From a virus: a stretch of DNA of 64,000 nt. Shown piece after piece: positions 39,129 to 48,303 of this stretch. The stretch is taken from IMG/VR virus record IMGVR_UViG_3300017917_000733, positions 32,001 through 96,000 of that record, one strand, 5' to 3'. Both the position numbers and the translations under genes were made by a program. Each line of letters starts with the position of its first letter. Position 1 is the first letter of the stretch. The notes below the pieces were generated by a model that saw only the letters and a program-made list of their open reading frames with translations, was not told the origin of the DNA and did not search any database.

Positions 39129-40066
39129 ATCATTTTCGATGCTATGTTGGTATACAAAGGTATACCAACTAACACATTGAACGGGAATGTTATACCAAGG
39201 CTAAGACCAAAGTAGATACTAGGATTAGCCTCTGGTATAGCAAACTTCACTACCGCGGGTACAGCAATATAACTAGCACTAGCAGCTAGTACCATTAATA
39301 GTGCCGTGTTACCCAAGCTAACTCCAAACAATATACATAGACCTAAAGCCAAGATACTGTGCATTATAGGTGCTACTATAGCGTATGCTAATAACGCAGG
39401 ACTTTTGTCACGTAACTCAGGTATGCGTTTTGCAACTTGTAATCCCATGTCTAACAAGAAAAACGCTAGTAAGCCCTTGAACAAGTCACCAGTGAATGGC
39501 TTCATTACAGTAGCACCACTTTCACCCGTCAACATACCGATAGCTAAACTTGCTAACAGTAATATATGAGCACCGTCAGTAAACGATTCATGCAACACAT
39601 GTTTTATACTGACTGAATTGTTAGCTCTTGTATATGCAGCTAATGCTACTGCCATGATGATTGCAGGACTTTCCATTAACGCCATAACAGCAGACATGTA
39701 CCCGCCAAACTCTATTCCGTTGTTTGACAAATATTGTGTCGCTGTAACAAACGTGACAGCACTTACACTTCCATAAGTAGCAGCTACTGCGGCACTATCG
39801 AATCCATTTAAGAATCGTTTCAATATCACATAACCCATCGCAGGAATAGTCAATGCTAGAAATAATCCTATTCCTATAACACTACCGATTTCGTCAGTGA
39901 ACCCGCTTTTTGCTAATGCAAAGCCACCTTTAAGTCCTAATGCCATTAACAAGTACAGACTTAAAAATTTTACAATTTGGTTTGGGATTTCTAAATTGCT
40001 ACGTATAAGTCCAGCAAAAATGCCAAACACAAAGAATAATATTGCGGGGTCTAGTAAATTGTTCAT
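39125..40066 (-). CDS. SbtA-family (DUF897) sodium-dependent bicarbonate transporter-like permease
   Basis: About 10 TM helices; LDPAILFF, GLKGG, YGSVSAVTF, MESPAI, ASASYIAVP, LGITFPFN. Start placed at ATG 40066, after ATAAGTA. Confidence 0.85.
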   Translation of the reverse strand: MNNLLDPAILFFVFGIFAGLIRSNLEIPNQIVKFLSLYLLMALGLKGGFALAKSGFTDEIGSVIGIGLFLALTIPAMGYVILKRFLNGFDSAAVAATYGSVSAVTFVTATQYLSNNGIEFGGYMSAVMALMESPAIIMAVALAAYTRANNSVSIKHVLHESFTDGAHILLLASLAIGMLTGESGATVMKPFTGDLFKGLLAFFLLDMGLQVAKRIPELRDKSPALLAYAIVAPIMHSILALGLCILFGVSLGNTALLMVLAASASYIAVPAVVKFAIPEANPSIYFGLSLGITFPFNVLVGIPLYTNIASKMI

Positions 40067-40199
40067 GCAGATACTTATCGCAACTAATTTGCCCATAAAA
40101 CTTTAAAACGCAATATAGTAGCATATAATCGACTCAGTAGACCACTAAATAAAAGTATATAGTGCTCTACTGAAGTGCTCTATATCGAGAAAGAGGATA

Positions 40200-40571
40200 A
40201 TGTCAAACTTAGGTTGTTTTACTTGTTTAAACTGTGGAAAAGTTAACCCAATCAAGGGCCACTCCTATACAAACAAATACTGTAATAATAGTTGCCAGCA
40301 AGAACATCAAAGACGCCATCGTGCGTTTGAGAATGTTCAGAAATGGAAAGAATCAAAAGAGCCGCAAGCCTGGGCTAAAATTCCCGACTGGATTAGAAAA
40401 TATTTGGTTGATAACAGAGGTCACAAATGTGAATCATGTAATAATGAAACACATAATGGGAAAGAGATTCCACTAGATGTAACTTATCGTGATGGTGATA
40501 GTTACAATACAAAGGAAGACAACTTAATGTTGATATGCCCCAATTGTAGGGCACAAAGTAAAATTCATTAA
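40200..40571 (+). CDS. HNH endonuclease-like zinc-binding protein, possibly degenerate
   Basis: CLNC, YCNNSC, CESC, DGD..N...NLMLICPNC; the expected catalytic His appears replaced (LDVTY). Confidence 0.65.
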   Translation: MSNLGCFTCLNCGKVNPIKGHSYTNKYCNNSCQQEHQRRHRAFENVQKWKESKEPQAWAKIPDWIRKYLVDNRGHKCESCNNETHNGKEIPLDVTYRDGDSYNTKEDNLMLICPNCRAQSKIH

Positions 40572-40590
40572 CACACAAGGAGAAACACTA

Positions 40591-41136
40591 ATGAAAACAA
40601 TCGGCGATAAAATTACAAGTTTTGCAGTTACAGGCGTTAAGCCAGGTGCACTTACACCGGAAGGCGCGTTTGAAACTATTACTGACAAAAGTTTCGAAGG
40701 AAAATGGAAAGTTATTGTTTACTATCCTAAGGACTTCACTTTCGTATGTCCTACTGAGATTGTTGCTTATGACAAGCTCAATGGCGACTTTAGTGACCGT
40801 GATGCAGTTCTATTAATCGGTTCTACAGATAACGAATTCTGTAAGCTAGCATGGCGTAATGCACACGAAGACCTAAAGAAAACAAATTCTTGGTCATTCG
40901 CTGATGTTGCCCGTGACGAGAACAGTTTAGCACAACAATTAGGTATCTTCTACGGTCCAGCAGGCGCCGCATTACGTGCTACATTCATTGTTGACCCTGA
41001 TAACGTTATTCAGCACGTTACAGTTAACAACTTGGACGTTGGTCGTAATCCAGATGAAACATTGCGTATTCTTGACGCACTACAGACTGGCGAACTATGC
41101 CCATGCTCACGTCCTATCGGTGGTGAGACACTATAA
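40591..41136 (+). CDS. ahpC: Peroxiredoxin AhpC
   Basis: YPKDFTFVCPTE, RATFIVDP, GRN, GELCPC. Confidence 0.95.
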   Translation: MKTIGDKITSFAVTGVKPGALTPEGAFETITDKSFEGKWKVIVYYPKDFTFVCPTEIVAYDKLNGDFSDRDAVLLIGSTDNEFCKLAWRNAHEDLKKTNSWSFADVARDENSLAQQLGIFYGPAGAALRATFIVDPDNVIQHVTVNNLDVGRNPDETLRILDALQTGELCPCSRPIGGETL

Positions 41137-41483
41137 TGGATTATCACGCACATCTTTACTGGGAGAACGAGTCTCAACGATTTGAGGCTCTACATCTAAG
41201 ACCACAGTTGCAAGACTTGGGTTGCAAGCTAGGTAGAATTTGGGATGAACCTATTGGGCCGCACCCCATGGCAATGTATCAGGTAAATTACAATAGTGAT
41301 AATAAAAAAGCTGTAGAAGACTTATTGTACAAAGCCAAACTACATATTCTACTACACGAAGACACCGGTGACGATTTGCGTGACCATATTGAAAATACAC
41401 GATGGATAGGCAGACCATTGACAGTAAACATCAAATGGTTAAAAGATAACATTAAGGAAGGAAAACAACATGAACTTTCGTGA
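41136..41483 (+). CDS. DOPA 4,5-dioxygenase family protein
   Basis: YHAHLY, PIGPHP, LLHEDTGDD..DH..WIG. Confidence 0.8.
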   Translation: MDYHAHLYWENESQRFEALHLRPQLQDLGCKLGRIWDEPIGPHPMAMYQVNYNSDNKKAVEDLLYKAKLHILLHEDTGDDLRDHIENTRWIGRPLTVNIKWLKDNIKEGKQHELS

Positions 41484-41535
41484 TTTATTTGAATATCTAA
41501 AGAGAGAACATTGCCCCTCTTGTAAAGGAAAATAA
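41470..41535 (+). CDS. Putative 21-aa CxxC peptide
   Basis: AAGGAAGGA SD; MNFRDLFEYLKREHCPSCKGK; the TAA overlaps the next ATG. Confidence 0.4.
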   Translation: MNFRDLFEYLKREHCPSCKGK

Positions 41536-42140
41536 TGTTAGAAACAATAAGTGAATTGTTTAATGAAGCCTACAAGCGTAATTGGATTACTGCAAGAGAC
41601 GGTAATGCTAGTATTCGTTGGCATGACCGTGACCATATGTATATCACTCCCAGTGGTATACGTAAGCAAACACTTCAACCAGAAATGTTTGTTAAGTGGG
41701 ATATGGTAAACGAGTATAGAGCATTGCCTTATACTAATCTAAGCAGCGCCTTACGCCCATCAGGTGAACTACCACTTCATTATGAACTGCAAAAACAGAT
41801 TGATACTGAAGTTCGTGTAGTATTACATATGCACCCTACTTACACGGTTGCAGCTATGTATGCAGGCATCGAGTTAAGTGAACTTGTAAAAGAGTTTCCA
41901 GAACTAGGTCGTTATACAAAAGTAGGACAAAATGTTCCTGATGTTCCTCCGATAAGTGTAGAGTTAGCAAACGCAACTTATCCAAAACTTATTAATGAGT
42001 CTGGGCAAACAATTAATCATATTGTTGGTATCGACAGACATGGAGTAGTTGCGGTAGATACAAGTCCTTGGCGTGCATTTGAGCATATTGAACGTCTTGA
42101 ACATATTTGTAAGATAGTTTTGTCTTCTAGGAGATTTTAA
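41535..42140 (+). CDS. Class II aldolase/adducin family protein
   Basis: DGNASIR, ITPSG, PSGELPLH, LHMHP, HGV. Confidence 0.9.
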   Translation: MLETISELFNEAYKRNWITARDGNASIRWHDRDHMYITPSGIRKQTLQPEMFVKWDMVNEYRALPYTNLSSALRPSGELPLHYELQKQIDTEVRVVLHMHPTYTVAAMYAGIELSELVKEFPELGRYTKVGQNVPDVPPISVELANATYPKLINESGQTINHIVGIDRHGVVAVDTSPWRAFEHIERLEHICKIVLSSRRF

Positions 42141-42800
42141 ATGTTAGAAATGATTTGGGCTGTCATAGCCATTATATTAATCGATATTGTACTAGCAGGT
42201 GATAACGCACTTGTTATTGGCATGGCAGCAAATCGCTTGCCAGAACATCTTAGAAAACGTGTAATTTTCTGGGGTACATTTGGGGCAGTTGCGATTAGAT
42301 TTTTAAGCGTATTACTATTGACATATTTGTTACTAGTGCCTGGCTTAAAACTAATTGGTGGTTTGGCGTTGTTGTACATTGGTTGGAAACTAGCTTTTCA
42401 AAACAGTGAACATACAATTGATGCTAAAGACACGTTCTGGGGTGCTATCAGTACAATCGTTGTTGCAGATGCAGTAATGGGTATTGACAATGCACTAGGA
42501 ATCGCAGCAGCGGCAGGGGGAAATATTTGGATGGTAGTGTTTGGTCTATTAATCAGTGTACCTATCATATTGTTTGGTAGCACTGTGATAGCAAAGATAT
42601 TAGAAAAGTATCCAGATAGTGTGTTTATCGGAAGTTTTGTATTGTTTGTTGTTGCGGCAAAAATGATATTAGCAGAACCTTTCGTAGAATCACACATTGA
42701 TCCAATGCACGATTTGGGAGAATATGCACTACCCTGGTTGGCAGGTATAGTGCTAACAGCAAAACAATATTACAGAGCAAGAATAAGGAGTAACAAATAA
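42141..42800 (+). CDS. TerC/YjbE family membrane protein
   Basis: IDIVLAGDNALVI, ADAVMGIDN, GLLISVPII. Confidence 0.9.
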   Translation: MLEMIWAVIAIILIDIVLAGDNALVIGMAANRLPEHLRKRVIFWGTFGAVAIRFLSVLLLTYLLLVPGLKLIGGLALLYIGWKLAFQNSEHTIDAKDTFWGAISTIVVADAVMGIDNALGIAAAAGGNIWMVVFGLLISVPIILFGSTVIAKILEKYPDSVFIGSFVLFVVAAKMILAEPFVESHIDPMHDLGEYALPWLAGIVLTAKQYYRARIRSNK

Positions 42801-43339
42801 TGCAACCAATTACAATTAACGGAGATTGGGTACAATCAGTAAAAGACAGTATCCCAGATCATAGCAAAGATATTAAACTAAACATTGACAGTGTTATTAA
42901 CCGTAGTGGTTTAGATCCTGTAGACACACATGCTATTGCATATGTTTCAGCACTAGCTGCAGGTAACGGTGGATTGGCTTTTGAAATTGAACATAATAGC
43001 CCATTGTTCACAGCAGAAGCCGAACGTGAGGCAGCTAAAACAGCAGCAAGTTTAATGGGTCAAAATAATATTTGGTATCCATTCACTGAAATGGCTAATG
43101 ACGAATCAATGAAAGGATTGCCTGCAGGATTGCGTATGAATGCATATGCTACACACGGTGGCGTTTCAAAGAAAAAGTTTGAAATGTATTCACTGGCTGC
43201 AAGTATCATAGGCAAGTGTCATTTCTGTGTCAAGGCACATTATGACACATTAAAGAAAGAAGGCATGACTACCCAAGAACTAATGGCTATTGGTCGCATT
43301 GCTGCCGTAGTTAACGCAATTGGGAAAGTTGCAATTTAA
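42800..43339 (+). CDS. ahpD: Alkylhydroperoxidase AhpD
   Basis: KDIKLN, AASLMGQNN, FEMYSLAAS..KCHFCVKAH. Confidence 0.9.
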   Translation: MQPITINGDWVQSVKDSIPDHSKDIKLNIDSVINRSGLDPVDTHAIAYVSALAAGNGGLAFEIEHNSPLFTAEAEREAAKTAASLMGQNNIWYPFTEMANDESMKGLPAGLRMNAYATHGGVSKKKFEMYSLAASIIGKCHFCVKAHYDTLKKEGMTTQELMAIGRIAAVVNAIGKVAI

Positions 43340-43340
43340 A

Positions 43341-43369
43341 TTGCAATAAATAGCAGGGTATGATATAAT
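43341..43369 (+). promoter_or_regulatory. sigma70-type promoter
   Basis: TTGCAA-17 nt-TATAAT with TG extension. Confidence 0.7.
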
Positions 43370-43377
43370 GTCCTGCT

Positions 43378-43632
43378 ATGAAGATACAACGTGCATTAGA
43401 CTGGAGTGAAGTTAGCGATAACTTGCGTAGCCAATTGGGAACGATTGGCTACAACCCAGACTTGCGTAAACTGTATAAAAACATCGAACACATGGTGTCA
43501 GACCTGAGTAAATTAGAAGTCACTTTCCGTCGTTCACAAAAGTATGCAATGTTGGATGATAAAGTATACGAAATCAACAAAGCAATAGACCACTTAGAAA
43601 AATTGATTCTCATGGCTAAACTTATGGGTTGA
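43378..43632 (+). CDS. Hypothetical protein
   Basis: 84 aa helical ORF downstream of a promoter. Confidence 0.7.
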   Translation: MKIQRALDWSEVSDNLRSQLGTIGYNPDLRKLYKNIEHMVSDLSKLEVTFRRSQKYAMLDDKVYEINKAIDHLEKLILMAKLMG

Positions 43633-43657
43633 CAATAAATCCATATTGTTATACACT
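43629..43657 (+). promoter_or_regulatory. Early sigma70 promoter (TTGACAATAAAT family)
   Basis: TTGACA-17-TACACT. Confidence 0.75.
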
Positions 43658-43664
43658 AGCTATT

Positions 43665-44072
43665 ATGGAATTCAAAATCGAAGCCAGCAAGCGTAGCAAG
43701 AAATTCATTGAGGCACTGATGCCCTCAATAATCAAGCAACTTAAATTAGAAAGTAGTACTAAAGTAGTAGTAATTCGTGTCGCTAACGAGTGCGGAAAAG
43801 ACCAAGGTATAACTGTAGACTTGGGTATTAGTTTTGGTTACATGGTTGTAATCAAGCCTACCCGTAGTTTCAAAGACCTCGGACTTACACTTGCACATGA
43901 AATGGTTCATGTGAAACAATTGGCTAAGGGTCAATTGAAACATCGTCCTACTGGATCCTACATCTGGGCGGGCAAGCGTTTCAGTAAAAAAACTGAATAC
44001 TTGAGTATGCCCTGGGAAATTGAAGCATTTAGTAAGCAGGAACTTATTTTGCGTCGGGCCCTCGAGGTTTGA
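43665..44072 (+). CDS. Putative zinc metallopeptidase (HExxH)
   Basis: TLAHEMVHVKQ..PWEIEA. Confidence 0.7.
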   Translation: MEFKIEASKRSKKFIEALMPSIIKQLKLESSTKVVVIRVANECGKDQGITVDLGISFGYMVVIKPTRSFKDLGLTLAHEMVHVKQLAKGQLKHRPTGSYIWAGKRFSKKTEYLSMPWEIEAFSKQELILRRALEV

Positions 44073-44097
44073 CAATAAATGGGTTTGGGCATATAAT
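44069..44097 (+). promoter_or_regulatory. Early sigma70 promoter
   Basis: Perfect TTGACA-17-TATAAT. Confidence 0.85.
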
Positions 44098-44127
44098 ACA
44101 TGTATTGATTGATTAAAGGAGCTTGCA

Positions 44128-44400
44128 ATGTCTCAACTCACTGAATACACCCTGGAAATCTACAAACAAGACAAGCGTACTAAAAAAGGTCGCCGTCTGT
44201 ATGCAAAAGAAGATTTTGCCCCCGTGACTAAAGACTACATTCAGGCAGTTGCTGAAGGTAAGCGTAAACTGGGTTTCATTGTTGAAGTTTTTGAAACTTT
44301 CGTGACCCGCAAGAATCTGCAATCTGGTCGTGAGTTCCAAGAACGTTACGACACCCCGTATTTCTGCTCTCCTTCTAGCGAATCTTTTTGGAGCAACTAA
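44128..44400 (+). CDS. Hypothetical early protein
   Basis: AAAGGAG SD; 90 aa ending TPYFCSPSSESFWSN. Confidence 0.75.
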   Translation: MSQLTEYTLEIYKQDKRTKKGRRLYAKEDFAPVTKDYIQAVAEGKRKLGFIVEVFETFVTRKNLQSGREFQERYDTPYFCSPSSESFWSN

Positions 44401-44579
44401 TGAAATCGTACAAAGTAACACTGTTGTTCACAAATCTGGAAAACTTCATGGGCACTGATGACGAGGCCTCTATGACTGTGGAAATCAAGTCTGACAGCTA
44501 CAGCCACGCTATGCTGTTGGCCCAGAGATTCGCTAAAGTCATGGATGCTGACCGTTTCGATATTGACGAAAAAATTTGA
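44400..44579 (+). CDS. Hypothetical early protein
   Basis: ATG overlaps the upstream TAA; 59 aa. Confidence 0.6.
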   Translation: MKSYKVTLLFTNLENFMGTDDEASMTVEIKSDSYSHAMLLAQRFAKVMDADRFDIDEKI

Positions 44580-44604
44580 CAATAAATCCAAATCCTGATA
44601 CAAT
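44576..44604 (+). promoter_or_regulatory. Early sigma70 promoter
   Basis: TTGACA-17-TACAAT. Confidence 0.8.
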
Positions 44605-44637
44605 ACTTGTATTGACACTGAAATAGAGGAAAACGAA

Positions 44638-44946
44638 ATGGCACTGACTCCCCTGACCGAACGTCAAAAAGCACTGATTGTTTCCAATGTCGTTAAGGCA
44701 TGTCGCAACATTGACAACCTGAACAGCACTGGTTACAAGTACATTAACCTCTGCTCGGGTTTCATCGCCCACTACGACCTGTATGGTTTCATTTCAGCCT
44801 ACAGCGAACCTGAATCTCTCAAGCGAGATATTATTTCCTACGCTGGTCAAAATCAGTGGAAGAACTTCCGTCCCGGTGAGCGTGACTACGAATATTACAT
44901 GTCCAAGGCTGATGTATATAATCGTATTCTTGCCCAAATCGTCTAA
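44638..44946 (+). CDS. Hypothetical early protein
   Basis: GAGGA SD; 102 aa. Confidence 0.75.
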   Translation: MALTPLTERQKALIVSNVVKACRNIDNLNSTGYKYINLCSGFIAHYDLYGFISAYSEPESLKRDIISYAGQNQWKNFRPGERDYEYYMSKADVYNRILAQIV

Positions 44947-44952
44947 AATAAT

Positions 44953-44981
44953 TTGACGATAAATCAATCTTCACATACAAT
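44953..44981 (+). promoter_or_regulatory. Early sigma70 promoter
   Basis: TTGACG-17-TACAAT. Confidence 0.75.
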
Positions 44982-45023
44982 CAAGTTTCTTTATCTCAAC
45001 GCCATCTTTCATAGGAGCATATT

Positions 45024-46127
45024 ATGGCATCGCAAGTCTCTGACAATCTGACTATTACATCTGTTCAAGCCCGCAAAGCAATGCTTGCGGCATTCAAAGC
45101 AAAACGTCCCATTTTCTTGTGGGGCCCTCCCGGCATCGGTAAGTCTGAGGTTGTCGCTGAAGTCGCTGAGGAACTTAACGGTCCCGTGATTGACTTGCGT
45201 ATGGCTCAGATGGAACCTACTGACATTCGCGGTATCCCTTACTTCAACAAAGATATCAACAAGATGGACTGGGCTGCTCCTGTCGATCTGCCTAGCGAAG
45301 AATTCGCAAAACAACATCCCATCGTTGTATTGTTCCTCGATGAAATGAACAGTGCCCCGCCCGCTGTGCAGGCTGCAGGTTATCAACTGATTCTGAACCG
45401 TCGTGTTGGTAAGTATGTTCTGCCCGATAACGTTGTTATCGTTGCGGCAGGCAACCGCGACAGTGACAAGGGTGTTACTTATCGCATGCCGATGCCCCTC
45501 GCTAACCGATTCTTGCACTTGGAAATGCGCCCTGACTTTACTGCATGGCAGAACTGGGCTGTTAACAAAGGCATTCACAAGGACGTTGTTGGTTACTTGT
45601 CTTTCGCTAAACAAGACATGTACGACTTTGATGCTAAGTCTGCAAGCCGAGCATTCGCTACTCCCCGTAGCTGGTGTTTCGTCAGTGACCTTCTTAAAGA
45701 GGAAGATGCACTTGATACTGATACACTGTTTAACTTGGTCAGTGGTGCTGTTGGTGAAGGTCTTGCTGTTAAGTTTATGGCTCACCGCAAGATTGCAGGT
45801 AAGATGCCCGAGCCTAGTGATATTCTCAGCGGTAAGGTCAAGGATCTGCAAGTCAAGGAAATTTCTGCAATGTACTCTTTGACTATCTCTATGTGTTACG
45901 AACTCCGTGACTGCCTTGAGAACAAGAAGGTTGACAACAAGAAGTTCCATGAAATGGCTGATAATTTCTTCAACTACATCATGGCAAACTTTGAGACTGA
46001 GTTGGTCGTTATGGGTGCTAAGATTGCACTAAAAACGTACAAGCTGCCGATTGAGCCTAGTCAACTCAAGAACTTTGACGAATTCCACAAGAAGTACGGT
46101 AAGTACATCGTGGAGGCAGGTAACTGA
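45024..46127 (+). CDS. MoxR-like AAA+ ATPase
   Basis: Walker A GPPGIGKS, Walker B LFLDE, AAGN, LANRF. Confidence 0.9.
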   Translation: MASQVSDNLTITSVQARKAMLAAFKAKRPIFLWGPPGIGKSEVVAEVAEELNGPVIDLRMAQMEPTDIRGIPYFNKDINKMDWAAPVDLPSEEFAKQHPIVVLFLDEMNSAPPAVQAAGYQLILNRRVGKYVLPDNVVIVAAGNRDSDKGVTYRMPMPLANRFLHLEMRPDFTAWQNWAVNKGIHKDVVGYLSFAKQDMYDFDAKSASRAFATPRSWCFVSDLLKEEDALDTDTLFNLVSGAVGEGLAVKFMAHRKIAGKMPEPSDILSGKVKDLQVKEISAMYSLTISMCYELRDCLENKKVDNKKFHEMADNFFNYIMANFETELVVMGAKIALKTYKLPIEPSQLKNFDEFHKKYGKYIVEAGN

Positions 46128-46143
46128 TAGTTAACTGCTTTAC

Positions 46144-46177
46144 AGGGTGAGTGTAGCAATATGCTCACCCTTTTTTT
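46144..46177 (+). terminator. Intrinsic terminator
   Basis: AGGGTGAG...CTCACCCT followed by a T tract. Confidence 0.8.
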
Positions 46178-46191
46178 ATAAAGGAAGTATT

Positions 46192-46344
46192 ATGAGTGGT
46201 AAAAAATATTTTTATGCGTTAGGTCAAAGTGCCCGCGCAAGAGGTATGTCTAAAGAAGGTGGATTATTTATGTATAGGATTAGTGAGGCTCTCCCGTACG
46301 CACGAATTGCATTTGATGCAGGCTACCGAGGGCTGTCACTATGA
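46192..46344 (+). CDS. Small hypothetical protein
   Basis: AAGGAAG SD; ATGA overlap with the next gene. Confidence 0.55.
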   Translation: MSGKKYFYALGQSARARGMSKEGGLFMYRISEALPYARIAFDAGYRGLSL

Positions 46345-46571
46345 GCGAAGACAAAAAGAAAATTGAAATCGTTTTCGCCCCTGGTTGCTTTGACCATTTC
46401 GAAGGCACACAGGAAGAACTTGAGGAACTGATTCAGCAAATCAAGGACATGGCAGAATCAGGTGAACTATTTGAACAATCCTTCGATGTTCAGGACCTTA
46501 TTGACGAAACCGATCCTCTAGAGATTGAAGAAATTGTAAACGAAATGCTTACACCTCGAAAACTTCACTGA
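46341..46571 (+). CDS. Acidic hypothetical protein
   Basis: 76 aa; FAPGCFDHFEGTQEELEELI. Confidence 0.7.
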   Translation: MSEDKKKIEIVFAPGCFDHFEGTQEELEELIQQIKDMAESGELFEQSFDVQDLIDETDPLEIEEIVNEMLTPRKLH

Positions 46572-46572
46572 A

Positions 46573-46601
46573 TTGACAATAAATCCAGTGTACAGTATAA
46601 T
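46573..46601 (+). promoter_or_regulatory. Early sigma70 promoter
   Basis: Perfect TTGACA-17-TATAAT. Confidence 0.85.
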
Positions 46602-46626
46602 ATAAGTATTCTATAGGAGTATTCAC

Positions 46627-47910
46627 ATGAGTGAAGTTATTGATAAGTCTAAGTCTAAGAAAAAGCGTAGCGCAAAATTTGAAAATCTTGTTGGTCCTAT
46701 GGATCCTAAGATTGATGCACAGGCCCGTGAACGTCTGGTTACAGCACGTATCGGTCTATTGTTGCGTCATTCATTCTTCGGTAATCTCGCAACTCGCCTG
46801 ACTCTTATCAACGGTGACGAATGGTTGTCTACTGCGGCAACTGACGGTCTCAAGTTCTATTACAACTCCCGATTCATTATGATGCTGAAGCCTAAGGAAG
46901 TTGAATTCCTCGTGGCTCACGAAGTTCTGCACGTTGTTTATGACCACATGGGTCGCCGTAATCATCGTGATCCTCAAATCTGGAACATTGCCGATGACTA
47001 CGCCGTTAACGCTGACTTGAAGCGACACAAGGTTGGTCAATTCATTACCACAGTCCCTTGCCTCTACGAACAAAAGTATGATGGCAAGCCTGCTGAGGAA
47101 ATCTATGATGACTTGATGAAGAATGTTCAGAAACTGGACATCGACCAACTCATTGACCAGATGATTGATGACCACATGGATGGTGATGAACAAGATAGTG
47201 ACGGTGAAGGTGATGGTGACAAAAAAGGCAAGCGTCCTAAAATGTCTCCTGAGGAACGTGAACGTGCCCGTCAAGAAATCAAGCAAGCAATTATCAATGC
47301 GGCACAAAGTGCAGAAGCAGGTAGTCTGCCTAAAGGCGTCGAACGTCTGATTAAAGATGCTACTAACCCTGTCATGCCTTGGCGTGAACTGATTCAAACT
47401 AACTTGACCAGTGCTATTCGTACTGACTATAGTTGGATGCGTCCTTCTCGTCGCGGTTGGCATATGGATGCTGTGATGCCTGGCATGACTCCTGGTGAAG
47501 AAATCGATGTGGTCGTTGCTATTGACATGTCTGGTTCTATCAGCGACAAACAAGCACAGCAATTCTTGGGTGAGATTGCAGGCATGATGGAAGCGTTTGA
47601 TGGCTACAAGGTTCATGTGTTCTGTTTTGACACTGATATCTATAACCCTCAAGATTTCACATCTGAGAACATGGATACAATTGACAACTACGAACCAATG
47701 GGCGGTGGTGGCACTGACTTTGACGCTATCTTTGAATACTTGAAGAAAGTTGGCAATGTGCCCAAGCGTCTAATCTGTTTCACTGACGGTTATCCCTGTG
47801 GTTCATGGGGCGACCCTGACTACTGTGATACGACTTGGATCATTCACGGTGACCCGGATCCGAATCCCCCGTTCGGTACATTCGCACTGTACGATGACCA
47901 TAAAAAGTGA
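46627..47910 (+). CDS. HExxH metallopeptidase-like plus VWA domain protein (DUF2201-like), likely MoxR partner
   Basis: TAATDG, AHEVLH, MIDAS DMSGS, GGGGTDF, FTDG. Confidence 0.85.
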   Translation: MSEVIDKSKSKKKRSAKFENLVGPMDPKIDAQARERLVTARIGLLLRHSFFGNLATRLTLINGDEWLSTAATDGLKFYYNSRFIMMLKPKEVEFLVAHEVLHVVYDHMGRRNHRDPQIWNIADDYAVNADLKRHKVGQFITTVPCLYEQKYDGKPAEEIYDDLMKNVQKLDIDQLIDQMIDDHMDGDEQDSDGEGDGDKKGKRPKMSPEERERARQEIKQAIINAAQSAEAGSLPKGVERLIKDATNPVMPWRELIQTNLTSAIRTDYSWMRPSRRGWHMDAVMPGMTPGEEIDVVVAIDMSGSISDKQAQQFLGEIAGMMEAFDGYKVHVFCFDTDIYNPQDFTSENMDTIDNYEPMGGGGTDFDAIFEYLKKVGNVPKRLICFTDGYPCGSWGDPDYCDTTWIIHGDPDPNPPFGTFALYDDHKK

Positions 47911-47917
47911 GGACTAG

Positions 47918-48019
47918 ATGAATATCTTAACTGTCGCAATTCTTGTTGCAGTGATTGTTGCCATTTTATATGGCATGTATTTTATCCTGAAAAGGGTAAA
48001 AGATGATGACGATGATTAA
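47918..48019 (+). CDS. Small membrane protein (33 aa), not in ORF track
   Basis: GAGGA SD; MNILTVAILVAVIVAILYGMYFILKRVKDDDDD. Confidence 0.6.
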   Translation: MNILTVAILVAVIVAILYGMYFILKRVKDDDDD

Positions 48020-48030
48020 TCAAGTGTCCA

Positions 48031-48297
48031 ATGGCTGATGAATTGAACCCGTTAGTTTGGTTTGGTACTAGAGAACTACTGTATACTCCAAAACATTTTA
48101 CAGTAGCTAGTACCAGTCTTACTCCCGAATCTAAAATTTGGATACTGAATAACCTTAAAGGTCGTTTTAGTTGCGTCAATCACACTGATGATTACAGTAG
48201 TGATTCGGGCATATCGTTGTTTGTAGATTCTATATATGGCAGACCCGCATTTGAGGATCCTGCTGAGGCTACAATGTACGAACTCAAGTGGTCTTAA
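48031..48297 (+). CDS. Hypothetical protein
   Basis: 88 aa ending FEDPAEATMYELKWS. Confidence 0.7.
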   Translation: MADELNPLVWFGTRELLYTPKHFTVASTSLTPESKIWILNNLKGRFSCVNHTDDYSSDSGISLFVDSIYGRPAFEDPAEATMYELKWS

Positions 48298-48303
48298 AAA
48301 TAT

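Noticed and set aside
40161-40183. AGTGCTCTA direct repeat as an operator or att site
   Set aside because: Only two 9-nt copies, one inside a hairpin arm; insufficient evidence.
43629-46601. CRISPR array from the repeated TTGACAATAAAT
   Set aside because: The repeats are short, irregularly spaced, separated by whole genes and match sigma70 promoters.
45009-47652. Long antisense ORFs 45009-45950 and 46771-47652
   Set aside because: They shadow the AAA+ and VWA genes, show no motifs, and are explained by codon bias on the sense strand.
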